Shown one piece after another: positions 1 to 12,500 of a stretch of DNA of 50,115 nt (position 1 is the first letter of the stretch; the number at the start of each line of letters is the position of its first letter). Below the pieces are notes generated by a model. It was not told where the DNA came from and did no database searches. It worked only from the letters and a program-made list of their open reading frames with translations. Location of the stretch: contig NC_057711.1 in the NCBI RefSeq assembly GCF_004010195.1, positions 76,651,817 through 76,701,931 of the forward strand, written 5' to 3'. Origin of the DNA: Chiloscyllium plagiosum (lineage: Eukaryota). Made by a program: the position numbers and the translations under genes.

Positions 1-394
1 GCGTCGGAGGCTGAGGGGTGACCTTATAGAGGTTTATAATATCATGAGGAGCATGGGTAGGATAAATAGACAAAATCTTTTCCCTGGGTGGAGGAGTCCA
101 GAACTAGAGGGCATAGGTCTAGAGTGAGAGGGGAAAGATATAAAATAGACCTAAGGGGCAACTTTTTCACGCAGACAGTGGTATGAGTATGGAATGAGCA
201 GCCAGAGGAAGTGGCGAAAGCTAGTACAATTGTAACATTTAAAAGGCATCTGGATATGAATAGGAAGGGTTTGGAGGGATGTGGGCTGGACGCTGCCAGG
301 TGGGACTAGACTGGGTTGGAATATCTGACAGCATAGACGAGTTGGACTGAAGGGTCTGTTTCTGTGTTGATCATCTCAATGACCCTCTGACTCT
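1..394 (+). mobile_element. CR1-clade LINE (HER1-like) 3' end, truncated by window start
   Basis: Decayed RT C-terminus (RLRGDLIEVY..IMR; VW(N)E.PEEV) followed by 3' UTR GGACTGAAGGGTCTGTTTCTGTG and a TGACTCT-type tail; homologous to copies at 39151-40167 and 49722-50115. Confidence 0.93.
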
Positions 395-804
395 AGCTAC
401 ATAGCTAGCTGGCCACTCCCCTTTGATTTTACCAGTTTTTTAAAGACATGAACGTCCTAGGCTGGAGGCATTACCTGTTAGGGGTAAACAAAAAGGGCCC
501 AATAAACCTTGCAAATCCAGCCTCGTTGGAGCCTGGTCAATTACCCCTTCTCTGGAGAAAATACTTAAGCGCATCATAACATTGCAAAAAAGACCAACAT
601 TATGACAATATTAATTTGCAAAGAAGATTGAACTGAGATAAAGATGAGACTTTCTGGGAGAAAACACATAAAATGAGTACTTGGAAAGATAATCCAGGAT
701 TCAATTACATGTTTCTACTTAGTCTCTTATCAAATGACAGACACAGAATGAGTCTTTTATTACAATGACCAATGTTTACGTTTTACTTGTGATTAGAAAA
801 TGAC

Positions 805-1750
805 TTCTTCTTTATTCATGCATGGGATGTGGGCATCATGGGCCAGGCCAGATTTATTGCCCATCCCTAATTGCCCTACAAGGCAGTTAAGAGTCAGCCA
901 CATTCTGTGAGTCTGGAGTTACATGTAGGCCAGACCAGGTGTGATGATGCTGCTTCTTTAACAATGTTATGTTGCCCTTGGCTTTTTTCAAAAGTGTTGT
1001 ATGAGGCAGAGCTGCCAAGAGGTCTGGCTTGGATGGGTTTTAAGGCTAATTTGATTTTTGGTAACAGATACTGCCTCAGGAAAAAGGCTTTCAAATTAAA
1101 AAGAACACTTATATAATGAAAGGGGAGTGGCGAGTTCTCCCAGATCAGCATTTCTCTGGTTTGGTTTTGTAGTGTTTGGCTTTAGGTTTTAGCAGTCTGG
1201 CTGTTCACAGAAAAGTTAGTCAGGTTTGAAACTGCTGGTCTAAAAACAGTTACATGAATGAACGTGCTCCATGCTGAATCTCTGCCATCCCTCTCTCTCT
1301 CTCCTGTAAGATCCTGTGTTTGATTTTACCTTTTGTGCCAAGGGGTGCTTATGGGAATTGTTGAAGGAATTTGGAACAGCATCATTAAATTGGGATAATC
1401 TGTTAGGTTTTTGGATAGGTTAAGTTGTTCTATATTCTGTTCTCTTTTGTTTGTGCTTCATTTGGTAACCTTGCAAATAAATTCTGTTTTGTTTAAAACT
1501 AAGTCATTGGGCCAGCTGCATCACTCCCTGAATATCCACTGTACACCTGCTTAAACGACTAGCAAAGTTAGTGTCTGGGCTAGTTTCTTGAAATGTTTTG
1601 AGGTGGTCTGGCCTGATCCACAGTTAAGGACGGCAGATTTCTTTCCCTAAAGGACATTAGTGAACCAGTGTGTTTTTTTTCCAAAAATCGACAATGGTTT
1701 CATGGTCATCATTACACTCTTAATTCCACTCTTTTGTTGGATTTAATTTT
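805..1750 (-). mobile_element. SacSINE1/Deu-SINE copy split by a solo LTR (pieces 805-939 and 1621-1750)
   Basis: The two pieces join into GCCAGACCAGG|TAAGGACGGCAGATTTCTTTCCCTAAAGGACATTAGTGAACCAG, collinear with the uninterrupted copy at 43374-43730. Confidence 0.85.
940..1620 (+). mobile_element. Solo LTR of an LTR retrotransposon/ERV
   Basis: TG...CA termini; 4-bp TSD CAGG (936-939)/CAGT (1621-1624); cleanly interrupts a SINE; TATATAA near 1110 and AATAAA near 1476; both ends resemble 8210-8831. Confidence 0.78.
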
Positions 1751-1891
1751 TGGACTGTCTTTTGGACAAGGGCAAAATCAACATCACAATTAGAAAATAA
1801 CATTTCCAACCCAAGTAGAACATATCGGTTACATTAAAACGTGACCACATCAGCTCCCCATTTAATCAATGTTGACTTGTATTTAATTTTT

Positions 1892-1923
<32 letters not shown>
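1892..1923. repeat. (AT)n microsatellite
   Basis: Interrupted ATATAT run seen directly. Confidence 0.9.
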
Positions 1924-3767
1924 AAATCTGCCAAATAAAGGCATGGCATGTTTTACGGTAATTCAGGAAGCCAGTTCTGGCGTTTGCACATACTCATGAA
2001 AACCTGCAGAGGTTGTGGTATAAATTGCTGTACTCCTCCAAAAGCTTTGCAACACTGGTCTCTCATCAAAAAGATTGAAATCCATGTTAGGGTTGTGAGG
2101 TTACAGCAGAATAGGTTAGCATGAATGCATTCAGGTTTAAGTGAATCTTTAATGGCATGATAAAAAATCTAATTGCTGTCAAACCACTTCAATGGCTCCA
2201 AAAATTTCATTTAATAAGTCTGGAATCTTATTCCTTCAGATTTTAATTAATGTGGAAGATGTTAAAGTTAAAAATTGTTTGTTTTGGTTTTACTTCTAAT
2301 TACTATTTTCCTTCTTCCGCTTCATTTCATTTTCTGTACATGATTTTACAATTAATCGAACATTATACTTCATACTTCCTTGTTTAGACTCTGTATATGT
2401 CACTGGCAATTTTTCAGTTTGATTAGTTGCAGAACCACACTATTGATTACTCTGCTCACAGATGCCACAAATCCACTAGATATGATATCACACAGAATCA
2501 AATGTTTGCTGGCAGCCAGTCTCCATTGAGAAGCTGCAGGCAGTTGTCAGTAAAGTAAGTGGAGAGCACTATTCTTTTACGGATGGTTACAAAACCCAGG
2601 CAAACTTGTTTACCTTAACCTCAGCTCCATGTGTTAAGGACTTTACCCATCCCTGACTACAGCAACAAATACTTTAATACAATAGCTTCAACATGGTGAA
2701 AAAAATGTTTTAACTTATACAGACATATTATTATGTATAATATGTTTTTGATTTTATCCATACTATAGCTAATGTTATAACCATAACTATTATTCTCATA
2801 ATTTACATACTTTTCTTGATTTCATGATTTCCTTCCAGTGGTGATGTGAGATCTGCACTCTTGTGTGTGAACAGCAACATGTTTTACTGAATGTAACTAC
2901 ATTCTAATGATAATGAAAAAGCACATCTTACTTGGAGCATTACAGAAGGCCCCAGTTCCCTGTGATCTGGTATCACTATGACATAGTTTCCTTTTGCACA
3001 TGCTCAGTAGCTATATGCAGAGTTGAGATACAATTTCCTTTACTCTATACTTTAACTATTGCCAATGCTTAACCTTATTAAGCTTCTTCAAAGTCCTCAG
3101 ACTTGCTCAATTGTATTGGATTTTCTGGGAGATCCTGGTACAAGATCCTGATTTGACGATCGATAAACCAATAACCCAGGTCATTGTGTACTCAGAATAA
3201 TCTGGGTGGTTTCACAGCACCTTTTATGTACCAGAAAATATTCTGTTGGGTAAATAATTTCATTGGGATCTTTGGTCAGACAGGAATTAAATGTGACTGA
3301 GAGAACCAAGTAAAATATGCTGAACAGAACTGGCTGCTAGGGAAGTAAGGCAGAAATGGAAAAAAGTTATAGCATTGACACATCCTTCCTGCCAGGACTG
3401 TACAGCTTAATCATGAATGACAACAGTAACTTGAACTACATTCACCAACATTCCCTTCATGTTGGATTGGTGTGCTATCAAGCTATCTTCACTATTCATA
3501 TCCAGACCCACAAACTTAGCAGTCTGGATTTCCAAGAGAGCAGTGAGACCTTTGATGAAACTGTTTATTTTCCAATGGAAGTTGTGTTTTTTATTTATGT
3601 ACATTTTTCAGCCTTCTGTACTGTGATACTTTAAAGTCTTTATCTGAGTCATCCATAGCAGAACTTGTATCTGAGGAGAAAGTGAGGTCTGCAGATGCTG
3701 GAGATCAAAGTTGAAACTTTATTGCTGGAACAGCACAGCAGGTCAGGCAGCATCCAGGGAACAGGAG

Positions 3768-3803
3768 ATTCGACGTTTCGGGCACAGGCCCTTCTTCAGG
3801 AAT
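3768..3803 (-). ncRNA. Mirror-image minimal hammerhead ribozyme motif
   Basis: Exact reverse complement of 3802-3837 because of the palindrome. Confidence 0.85.
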
Positions 3804-3837
3804 TCCTGAAGAAGGGCCTGTGCCCGAAACGTCGAAT
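3802..3837 (+). ncRNA. Minimal type I hammerhead ribozyme motif (PLE-associated)
   Basis: AUUC-CUGAAGA-A-GGGC(CUGU)GCCC-GAAA-C-GUC^GAAU: intact core, 4-bp stem II, 4-bp stem I, loopless palindromic stem III (ACGU); predicted cleavage after 3833. Confidence 0.85.
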
Positions 3838-4864
3838 CTCCTGTTCCCTGGATGCTGCCTGACCTGCTGTGCTGTTCCAGCAATAAAGTTCGAACTTGTA
3901 TCTGACCCATCCTCCAGTGAGCTGGAGTGTGTGCCATCCTTTCCTTTGATCATATACACCATATACAGTTCCCCTATCTTTCCAAAGTGGCAGCTTTCAT
4001 TCTCATCAACACAATAGTTTTTGCCCAGGTGGCCAATGCTGTGTTAAGCATTGAATGGATGAATGGAGAATTGTAGTTCAACTTATTCTTGTCACTCATG
4101 ATTTAATTGTACAGTCTCAACAAGAAAGATAAGTCAATGCTGTGGTCTCCTCTCCTTTTCCTTCACTTCCTCCTCACTCTTTTGGCAACTGGTTAGCTGA
4201 TTTATTAGCCCCATTCTTGCATGGTGGTTTCTGCTGCATTTGCTGCAGAGAAAGATGGTGGGCTGAAAACAATTCTCTCTGGGCCCTCCTTTTGACTCGC
4301 CTCTTCCTATGTCCTTCCAAATAGTCAGCCTCCAGAGGACACCATTGTCACTTGACTATCTTCCAGATGCTAGTGTCAATGTCTGTCACCTTTTTTAGAA
4401 CCTTACCATTTCCAGGAGATTGTAACTCAGTGGCCAGTTCATCAGACAGATGCCCTTCCATCATTTGCTTATCATGTATTTGATGAATATAGCTGACAGA
4501 GCAGACATCACTGGCTTAGCAATGACTGTGTGCTATGGAATAAGGAGACTACAGAGTCTCTGAGCTGATAACCTAGTCCTGTCAAAAAGTATTGAGGATA
4601 CACAATAGAAGCAGCATTGTGGAAACTGTTTAGCCTTTTCTATGACCAATATATGTTACTCGAGTGCTCACTGGTGTTGAGTGAACTGAGGATGCAGGCT
4701 TGGTAAATCCATAAATTTGATTTCCTCAGTCAGGTTGCTATTGTTCCATACTTCTTTCCTCAGCCTTGACGCGACAATTCCAACTTTTTTGATGTGTGAA
4801 TATTGATTTCAGCATCAAATGGCAGATTGCTGGTGCTTGTAAAATAATGGATCAAATAGCTTCT

Positions 4865-5055
4865 CTGTCATTAGAGGGAGAGAGAGAGAGAAAGAGAAAG
4901 AGAGATGATGGTGGTTAAACCTGAGGGTCATCATGCCTTGGGTGAGGTTGAGAAGGAGCATCCTTCATCGTAAACTCAGCTGATGCAGGAGTTGAACCCA
5001 CATTATTGGTATCATTCTGGATCAGTCATCCAGCAAATTGAGCAAATGCCTCCGG
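4865..5055 (-). mobile_element. tRNA-derived SINE with (GA)n-expanded 3' region
   Basis: Minus strand has a B-box-like GGGTTCAACTCC and CCCTCAGGTTTAACCACC; homologous to 44781-44937. Confidence 0.65.
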
Positions 5056-6385
5056 ATGTTTTTAAAAATCACACTGCCTCCCGCTGAAACCCAGGAGGAA
5101 TCACTCCTGCCTTGATTCGCCAATTCAACAGCCAACCAGCTGTCAACCTAAACTGAGCAACAACTCAGTGCCACTTTATTTACAGTGCCCTTAGATCAGT
5201 AATTACGTTACATCATTTTCTAAATCAGTTCCCAACAGCAAACATCTGCCTTTATTCATTTCTCCTTTAAAAAAAGTGATTTTTCAAAGTCCAACTCTTA
5301 ACCTTATCTCAAAATTCCAAACTAAAAAAAATGAGAAACATAAAACTTAAATAGTAAGGGCCTCTATATTAAATTGGCTATTCCTGCTCACATGATCAAA
5401 TACTTTGGTAAGAACTTTGAAGATAGTTTATTACGGATATATTCTTTTTTCATGGCATTTCTCTTCAGTGAGAAATCATGTCAGTTGTAAATCTTCCAGT
5501 TCTGAAATTACACTGGGTTTTGGGATAGATACATTCAACCAGGATTTGCAGTTTGATAAGGGAAACACTGGCAAACACTTCTCCCTTGATCTTAGTAATA
5601 AATTTTGCAATTGCTGCAGTCCCCCTGGTTTTCCTACAGGTTCATAACTTTTGCATTTCTGGTTTGACTGAAAAGGTTTCATGTGTTATATTCTAATTCT
5701 GTGCAAACCAGGAAGTGATTTGCATAACAGTCAGTACTATGGTAGCTTTTTGTTTATAATGCTGTTTATCTTACCTGTATAAATTACACTTATGCCTCAA
5801 AGGTATATCTTGTTTAAATCTCTGATTGATGACGCTATAATCCCAACTGATGGTACTACTGTAAAGTCAGATCCCAGAATTGAACCTAGCTTAATAAATC
5901 ATAAATTAATTTTTTTAGTTGATTTGTTAACATGGTGCTTAATCACTGAAACTCATTCTGACAAAGCTGCAGATGTTCATTAACAGAATGTAAGTTTCTG
6001 AAACAAAAAAAGATAAATAAACTAAGTTAAATAATGTAGAAGACAATTTGCAAAAGTCTTGATACAAGCAGCACATCAAAGTTCAACTTGTTTCCAATAC
6101 TGTCTGTTTCAGAGACATAGATTTAGAGAAATCATTCTTCTATCTCAACTCAGAGTCAGAAAAAATTAATTGCCTTAAACTGTTTACACTGCTTGTCATA
6201 AACACAACAATATAAATATCTTATTGATTAACACCACTGGGGTCTGCTTGGCACTTGTCATATATCTTCTCAGAATTGATATGTTTAGGTTACTTTCCAA
6301 ATTTATTTTAAAAATAAAATTTCTCAGAACAAGTTAATATCTGTCTGCTTGTGTTTTAAAACACAAGACTCCAAAATATTTTATA

Positions 6386-7286
6386 CATAGAGTCATAGCA
6401 TCATAGAGACATACAGTACAGAAACAGATCCTTCGGTCCAACTCATCCATGTCAACCAGATATCCTAAACTAATCTAGTCCTGTTGTCAGCACTTGGCCC
6501 ATATCCATCTAAACCCTTCCTATCCATGTATACATCCAGATGCTTTGTAAATGTTGAAATTGTACCAGCCTCCACCACTTCCTCTAGCAGCTCATTCTTT
6601 ACACCTTCTGTGTGAAAATGTTGCCCCTTAGGTCTCTCCTAAATTTTTCCCATCTCACTCTAAACCTATCCCCTCTAGTTTTGGATTCCCTCACCCCAGG
6701 GAAAAGACCTAGTCTATTTGCCCTATCCGTGCCCCTCATGATTTTATAAACCTCTATCAGTTCACCCCTCAGCCTTTGATTCTCCAGGGAAAACAGCTCC
6801 AGTCTAATCAGCCTCTCCCTACACCTCATGCCCTCCAACCCTTGCAACATCCTTGTGAATCTTTTCTGAACACTTTCAAATTTCATTCTTCCTACAGGAT
6901 GGAGGCCAGATTTGCATACAATATTCCAAAAGTGGCCTAACCAATGTCCTGTGCAGCCACAACACGACCTCCCAAATCCTATACTTGATGCACTGACCAA
7001 TAAAGGCAAGTGTACCAAACGCATTGTTTACTATCTTGTCTACCTGCGACTGTACTTTCATGGAACTATGAACCTGCATTCTAAGATCTCTTTGTTCCGC
7101 AACACTCTCCAGGATCTTACCAATATAAGTCCTGCCATGATTTGCCTTTCCAAAATGCAGCACCTCACATTTATCTAAATTAAACTCCATCTGCCACTCC
7201 TCGGCCCATTGGCCCATCTGTTCAAGATCCAGTTGTACTTTAAGGTAACCTTCTTTGCTGTGCACTATACCTTTCATCTTTTGTCA
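6386..7286 (-). mobile_element. CR1/HER1 LINE, 5'-truncated
   Basis: ORFs 6876-7277 and 6599-7024 give RT motifs (WQMEFNLDKCEVLHFG, LVRPLLEYC, RLRGELIEVYKIM); CATAGAGTCATAG tail. Confidence 0.95.
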
Positions 7287-7577
7287 CAGTGGCCATGAGG
7301 GTAAGATCAAGTGATGGTTTCTCTTCAAATTCAATGTTTTCATTTTCTTGTACTGATCAGAGATGCACTGGCTTTTGAAAAAGGATTGGGCCAGGGATGA
7401 AGTAAGAAGTCTACGTGTATGCCACCAGCATATTCCCAAAATTGTGGAATGAAGGAGAATCTAAAAGACAGAAGAAAGATTAAGAATGCAAATGCCCCCA
7501 TCATCGAGTCATGCAGTGTCACTAGTGACTCTAATCTCAGCAATGCTCTGTCCCATGATGGTAAACATTATTTGTTT

Positions 7578-7880
7578 TTAGATTAGATTACTTACAGTGT
7601 GGAAACAGGCCCTTCGGCCCAACAAGCCCACACCGACCCTCCAAAGAGCAACCCACCCAGACCCATTCCCCTACATTTACCCTTTCACCTAACACTACGG
7701 GCAATTTAGCATGGCTAATTCACCTAACCTGGACATTTTTGGACTGTGGGACGAAACCGGAGCAAACCCACGCAGACACCGGAGCAAACTCCACATAAAC
7801 AGTTGCCTGAGGTGAGAATTGAACCCGGGTCTCTGGCACTGTGAGGTAGCAGTGAAAACCATCGTGCCACCGTGCCACCC
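7578..7880 (-). mobile_element. HE1-type V-SINE, full length
   Basis: tRNA-like head (GGGTGGCACGGTGGC...CCCGGGTTCAATTC), V-domain (CCATGCTAAATTGCCC), LINE-like tail and (TAATC)n end. Confidence 0.92.
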
Positions 7881-8209
7881 ATGATGATTTTTTTTCCATG
7901 ACGATTTTATTCAAGCAAGCTGGCAAGTTCTCTTTCTCCTGGGGTTGCAGATTGTCTCTCGTTCTCTCCACCTCATATTAGAAATCTGTGGTACCACTCT
8001 GGTAAATTAAGCCACCTTGATAGAATTCTTCCTGATACCACTCTAGCAGTCACAACAAATCCTTCTTTCAAGTACTGCTATTTAGCCTCATTGTCCACAG
8101 AGTTCAAACAATGAAAAACAGATCTGAGGATGGTATGAATCAACTCGCCATAATTTGCATAGCTTTTTCATAAATGTAAGATACCAAGGTGACCCCCTAA
8201 TGAATAAAC

Positions 8210-8831
8210 TGTGATGGTACTGTGCCTTTAAGAGAGACTTGTTCTGTGCTGTTTCTCTACAAAGAGGTATTACCACAGTGGTGTTGGAATGTTTGCTTCA
8301 GAAGCAACAGCTTTGAGCTCCCAGAGCTTTTTTGAGTAGGTGGAGTCAGGCGCACACAGACCTAGAGTTTTAGTTTTGTTTTCAGTTGGGGTTTGGAGAT
8401 GGCTGTTGAAGCTGATCGATGTAGATCTCTCTCTGCTTCAGAAAAAAAGCTTGAGTCCTCCTCTGCTACTATATTGTTTGTTTCAGAGTTCCTTTCTCCT
8501 GGACTGGAAAGGAAATAACGCACAAGGAGATTCTGTTTTGCTGAATTCGCCTTTGCCCAAGTAAGTGTTTATGGGATGCTGCTATATTGGAACAGTTGCT
8601 GATTAGTAATACATAATGTATTATTTAATTAAGTATTTTAATGGAGTTAAAGTTATGCCAATTCTTTTATTTTGTTCGTATTTTCACTGTGTTGCAAGAA
8701 TAAAGCAACGGTGGACCAACTGAATCATATTTGGAATGTAGCACCTTACACTTCCTTTAAATAAAATAAAAAGTTAGGGTCGAGGTTATGCCTTTGTTAT
8801 ATTTTGAGGGAATTTGGTTTGGCCCATGACA
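8210..8831 (+). mobile_element. Solo LTR related to 940-1620
   Basis: Termini TGTGATGG...CCATGACA (7/8 inverted match); TSD AAAC/AAAG; AATAAA near 8699; 5' and 3' ends similar to 940-1620. Confidence 0.72.
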
Positions 8832-11199
8832 AAAGAAAAATCTGAAATAGTCGCTACATTAGCTTGAATGGAATTTGAATATGAACCAACTGTTGGAAAA
8901 ATGACAGATATAATGTAAAATGGTACAAACCGAATCTGTAGGACACTGATGCACAAATAGTTTGGTGTTGTAAGACATACTGTTGAGTTTACTTTGCAGC
9001 CTTGTAAACCATCCCCAGGTGTTGGAAAATATTCACTATAAATAGGAACAAAGCCTCCTGTCAGAAGAGTATTATATCCTGTGTTGACAGTTGGAGTATT
9101 ATTTACATGTCTTTTGTTTGGAAGAAACACCATTAAGCATTCTGAAAATCTTTAAAATATTCTATTTCACAAGAGGGCAGAAATGACTCAAAAGTGGAAT
9201 TTTACACAACACAGAAAAGGTGTAGGATGTAGCTGAGAGGTGATGGGGTTAAGAGAACTACTTTTTTAGTGTTAAATATTTAGTCAAAATAAACACATCA
9301 AGCTTTTTGATTTGTTAAAGCTTAATGTATCTTGGTCATTTAAAGAATTCTACTGGCTGATTTAAGAATTTATAGATAAATGTCTGCTTGTTTATCATAG
9401 AACAGTTTCAGTGCATCAACAAACATTTTGGCAATGAGATATGATTTGAGAATTAAAGCACATATTGTGTCTAAAACTAGGTAAATACACTGCACTTAGA
9501 AGGCCTGCAGTTTTTGATTCATACATGCTCACCTTTAAAACTTGTAGCACTGAAACAAGGGGTGTTTTAAGGGGGTATATTAGCTCAAAAAGCTAATAAG
9601 CAATATTTCTGTGAATATGTGCCCCTATGAAGACAAAGTACTAAGCTGATTATTTACATCTGGCTGAATTGTCATTAATTTAAGTTGGAGGTGTTCAGTA
9701 TTTGATTTTTATCCTTTGTGGGAGAGAGCAAATTCAAGTACAGTATTACAAAGAGGATTTTCTGGCTGTTGTGTTTTTAGAAACATGAAAAGTGACTGTT
9801 GATATTGAAATTAATTTTCTAGCAAGATTTGGGTCCATGCATAGAAACATTATAAGCTAAATCTTACATGTTTTTGCCTTTCTCCGTTGACTTGACTGAG
9901 ACCCATTGATAACTGTGACAAACTTCCTTCCATTGTTTCTGCACTAAACAATAACACAAGTAATATGAGCCTCATATTTCTGGCTGAGGGGACAAAGTAC
10001 ACAAAGGAAAGGAAACTATGAGCATCCAGGCAGACTCAGAGTAAGTGTGCATTGACAGAGCAAGTAAACAGGCTGGAGATATAGCTTGGTCCAATCCATG
10101 AACTGGGTGCATGTTCCTGAACACACAGTCAATATTGAAATGAATGTTTCTTGTGCATCTCAAGGTGCAGTACTGAAGTGCAGATGCATTCTAGAAGTGG
10201 ATCAGGAGTTGCCATAAGTGTTGTGAGAGGCTGGCACATGTTGAAAGCCAATATCTGTGGACATGGTGTACAGCAGATGCCCATGGAGCATAGCCTGCGA
10301 TGTTAGTGTCTGGTGTCGAACAGAGTTGTCATTCAGAACAGTAGTGAACTGAATTTTCCAGGTGCCCACATTAGTTTTCATGTCAAGTATTTTCAGTATC
10401 TAGCTTGCTTGTCGCGTTTGCTAAGATGAATATTATTTCAGCAAGTTGGGCTGTCAATGATGTGTTTGATAAGCTTTAATGCCATCTATTGCTAACCAAT
10501 CTCTGCCAAGCGAGAATCTGGTCACGCGACCTGTAAAAGCATAAAAAATGAAGCAACGTTCTTCTGTTGTTGAGATCTCATTTGATTCTGCCACAGCTCT
10601 TAACTGTAACCCATGTCATTTGGACCCCTTTAGTATTCCACCCAATATCTTAATTTAAACTATCTATTTATCATAGATACAATTTATAAGATTACTGAAA
10701 AATTGATCAAATGCAAAAGAATGAGAGTTAGCTAGAAAGAAGTAAGAAAACTCCCAACAACTAGTACATGTCTTTTAATTGGAAGAGACTAGCAAAAGTA
10801 AGCATGGATCCTTTAATATCAAATAGGCTTTGTCAGAGGACTATATGCAGCAACACACCTCTTTGTTGACATGCTTTGATAGTTGCAGGGGAGTTAGAGA
10901 CATTTCTTTACAGTGAAAGAAAGTGTTTTTATGTTTACTCTAATTGAATGGTCACATTATCATCTTATCTTGTACTCGGCATTCTGGGGCATGCTGAAAT
11001 TGCAGGTCCAGTCAGCCCTTCCTTTTTGCATTGTAAAAGACATTGTGTGAAGTAATCTGGGGTAAATGCAGGAAATCGGCATAGATAACAGAAATGCAAA
11101 CATGATGGGCTGAGTGGCCTTCTTTTGCACCACAACAATTCAGCGATTCTTTTAGAAAGAATATACATAGAGAGAGAATATAAAATAAAGGATACAATT

Positions 11200-11990
11200 C
11201 TAAACAGAATGCAGGAGCAGGGTGTAGAAGCTGTAGAATGTAGAAGCTAGGTGTACATATGTAATAGTCATTGAATGTGGCAGGACTGATGGAGAGTGCA
11301 GTTAACAAAGCAAACAGTGTTTCAGGCTTTATGAATGGGGTAGGAGTACGAGACTAAATAAGGATTGATGAACCTATATAAAATACATTTCTGCCTCAAC
11401 TGGAGTACTACATTAAGTCTGGAATTTCACTGTCAGGATAAATATGAAGGTATTCGAGGGTCGGTGTGGGCTTGTTGGGCCGAAGGGCCTGTTTCCACAC
11501 TGTAAGAAAATATTCATTAGGGCGATTCCTGGATGAGGAACTTCAATTTTCAAAATAGATTGAAGAATTTGAAGCTATTTTCCAAAGAAATAAGAAAGCT
11601 GAGTGGGGATTTGTTAAAGGTTTTCAAAATTATGAGAGATCTGTACAAAATCGATAGGGAGAAACTGTTTATATTCATGAAGGAATCCAAAATGAAAGGG
11701 CACAGATGTAAAGTAATGGGTAAAAGAAGCAATGATGTAATGAGTAAAAGCATTTTCATGCAGCATGTGGTTAAGACCTAAAATGTGCTGCCTGAGATTG
11801 TGGTGGAAACAGGTTCAATGGAAACATTCAAAAGAAAGTGTTAGCTGAAAATGAAGAATGTGCAGTTTTGAGGGGACAAGGGTGGAGAGTGGAACTAAGT
11901 GAATTGCAGATTTGGAGAACTGGCACAAGCATGATAGGCCCAAAGGACTTCTTTTGGCATTGTAGGAATAATGTCATTCTGTGATTTTAT
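11200..11990 (+). mobile_element. Old CR1 LINE 3' fragment with a V-SINE tail fragment inserted at about 11457-11506
   Basis: ORF 11533-11781 LSGDLLKVFKIMR...KGHRCK; the insert matches the 3' end of the SINE at 30405-30705. Confidence 0.85.
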
Positions 11991-12039
11991 AAATTATAAG
12001 TACATAGGCTGGAGCACTGATCTTCTCTGCCTTGTAACA

Positions 12040-12500
12040 GCTGACAAATTGAAAATGACACATGTCTCTGCTCTCTGTTTTCTTTTTGTGCTAGTTTTAT
12101 AACTTTGCTAATAAACCATCACCATCCCATAATATCTTACTTTATGGACCAGCCTTTTGTATTTCATGTGGCACCTTATCAAAATGCTTTTTAACAATTC
12201 CAAAGACTTCACATTGACAATCTCTCTGTGTATCTCCCCTGCTAGCTGTATACTCAAAAACTTAAATAGATTTGTTAAACACTATTTCCCTTTCATAAAA
12301 TCTAATTGACTCTGCCAACTTATGCTATGATTTTTGAAGTGCTCCATGACCACTTTATTAGTAATTGATCCAAGTGTTTTCCTGATGACTGATGTCAGGC
12401 TAACTATCCTCATTGAATAAAGGGCTTTATTTACTAACTTCCAAATCAGTGGGATTATTCCAGAATTCAAGATTTTGACATCCACTAGCTTTACAGCCAT
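12040..12500 (-). mobile_element. Old CR1 RT fragment
   Basis: ORF 12282-12500 IVSLTSVIRKTLGSI...QSQLDFMKGK resembles RPVSLTSVVGK.LE.I...QHGFMKGKS. Confidence 0.8.

Larger units (their letters stand above)
3675..3891 (-). mobile_element. Short Penelope-derived insertion: inverted pLTR palindrome plus 40-nt unpaired tail
   Basis: Perfect palindrome 3715-3890 centred on AATT (3801-3804); 14-bp TSD GAACTTGTATCTGA (3661-3674 and 3892-3905); same terminal sequence GAGAAAGTGAGGTCTGCAGATGCTGGAGATC as the GIY-YIG-bearing PLE at 37918. Confidence 0.9.

Noticed and set aside
2217..2601. Possible MITE with weak terminal inverted repeats
   Set aside because: TIR match too degenerate and no TSD
3705..4017. 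Identical peptide (PETSNLLFPGCCLTCCAVPAIKF) on both strands
   Set aside because: Trivial consequence of the palindrome; non-coding PLE pLTR
7790..7880. tRNA-like A/B boxes (also at 24541, 30405, 33340 and 43700)
   Set aside because: SINE heads, not cloverleaf tRNA genes
8786..9133. 115-aa minus-strand ORF
   Set aside because: No recognisable homology and it runs into a solo LTR end
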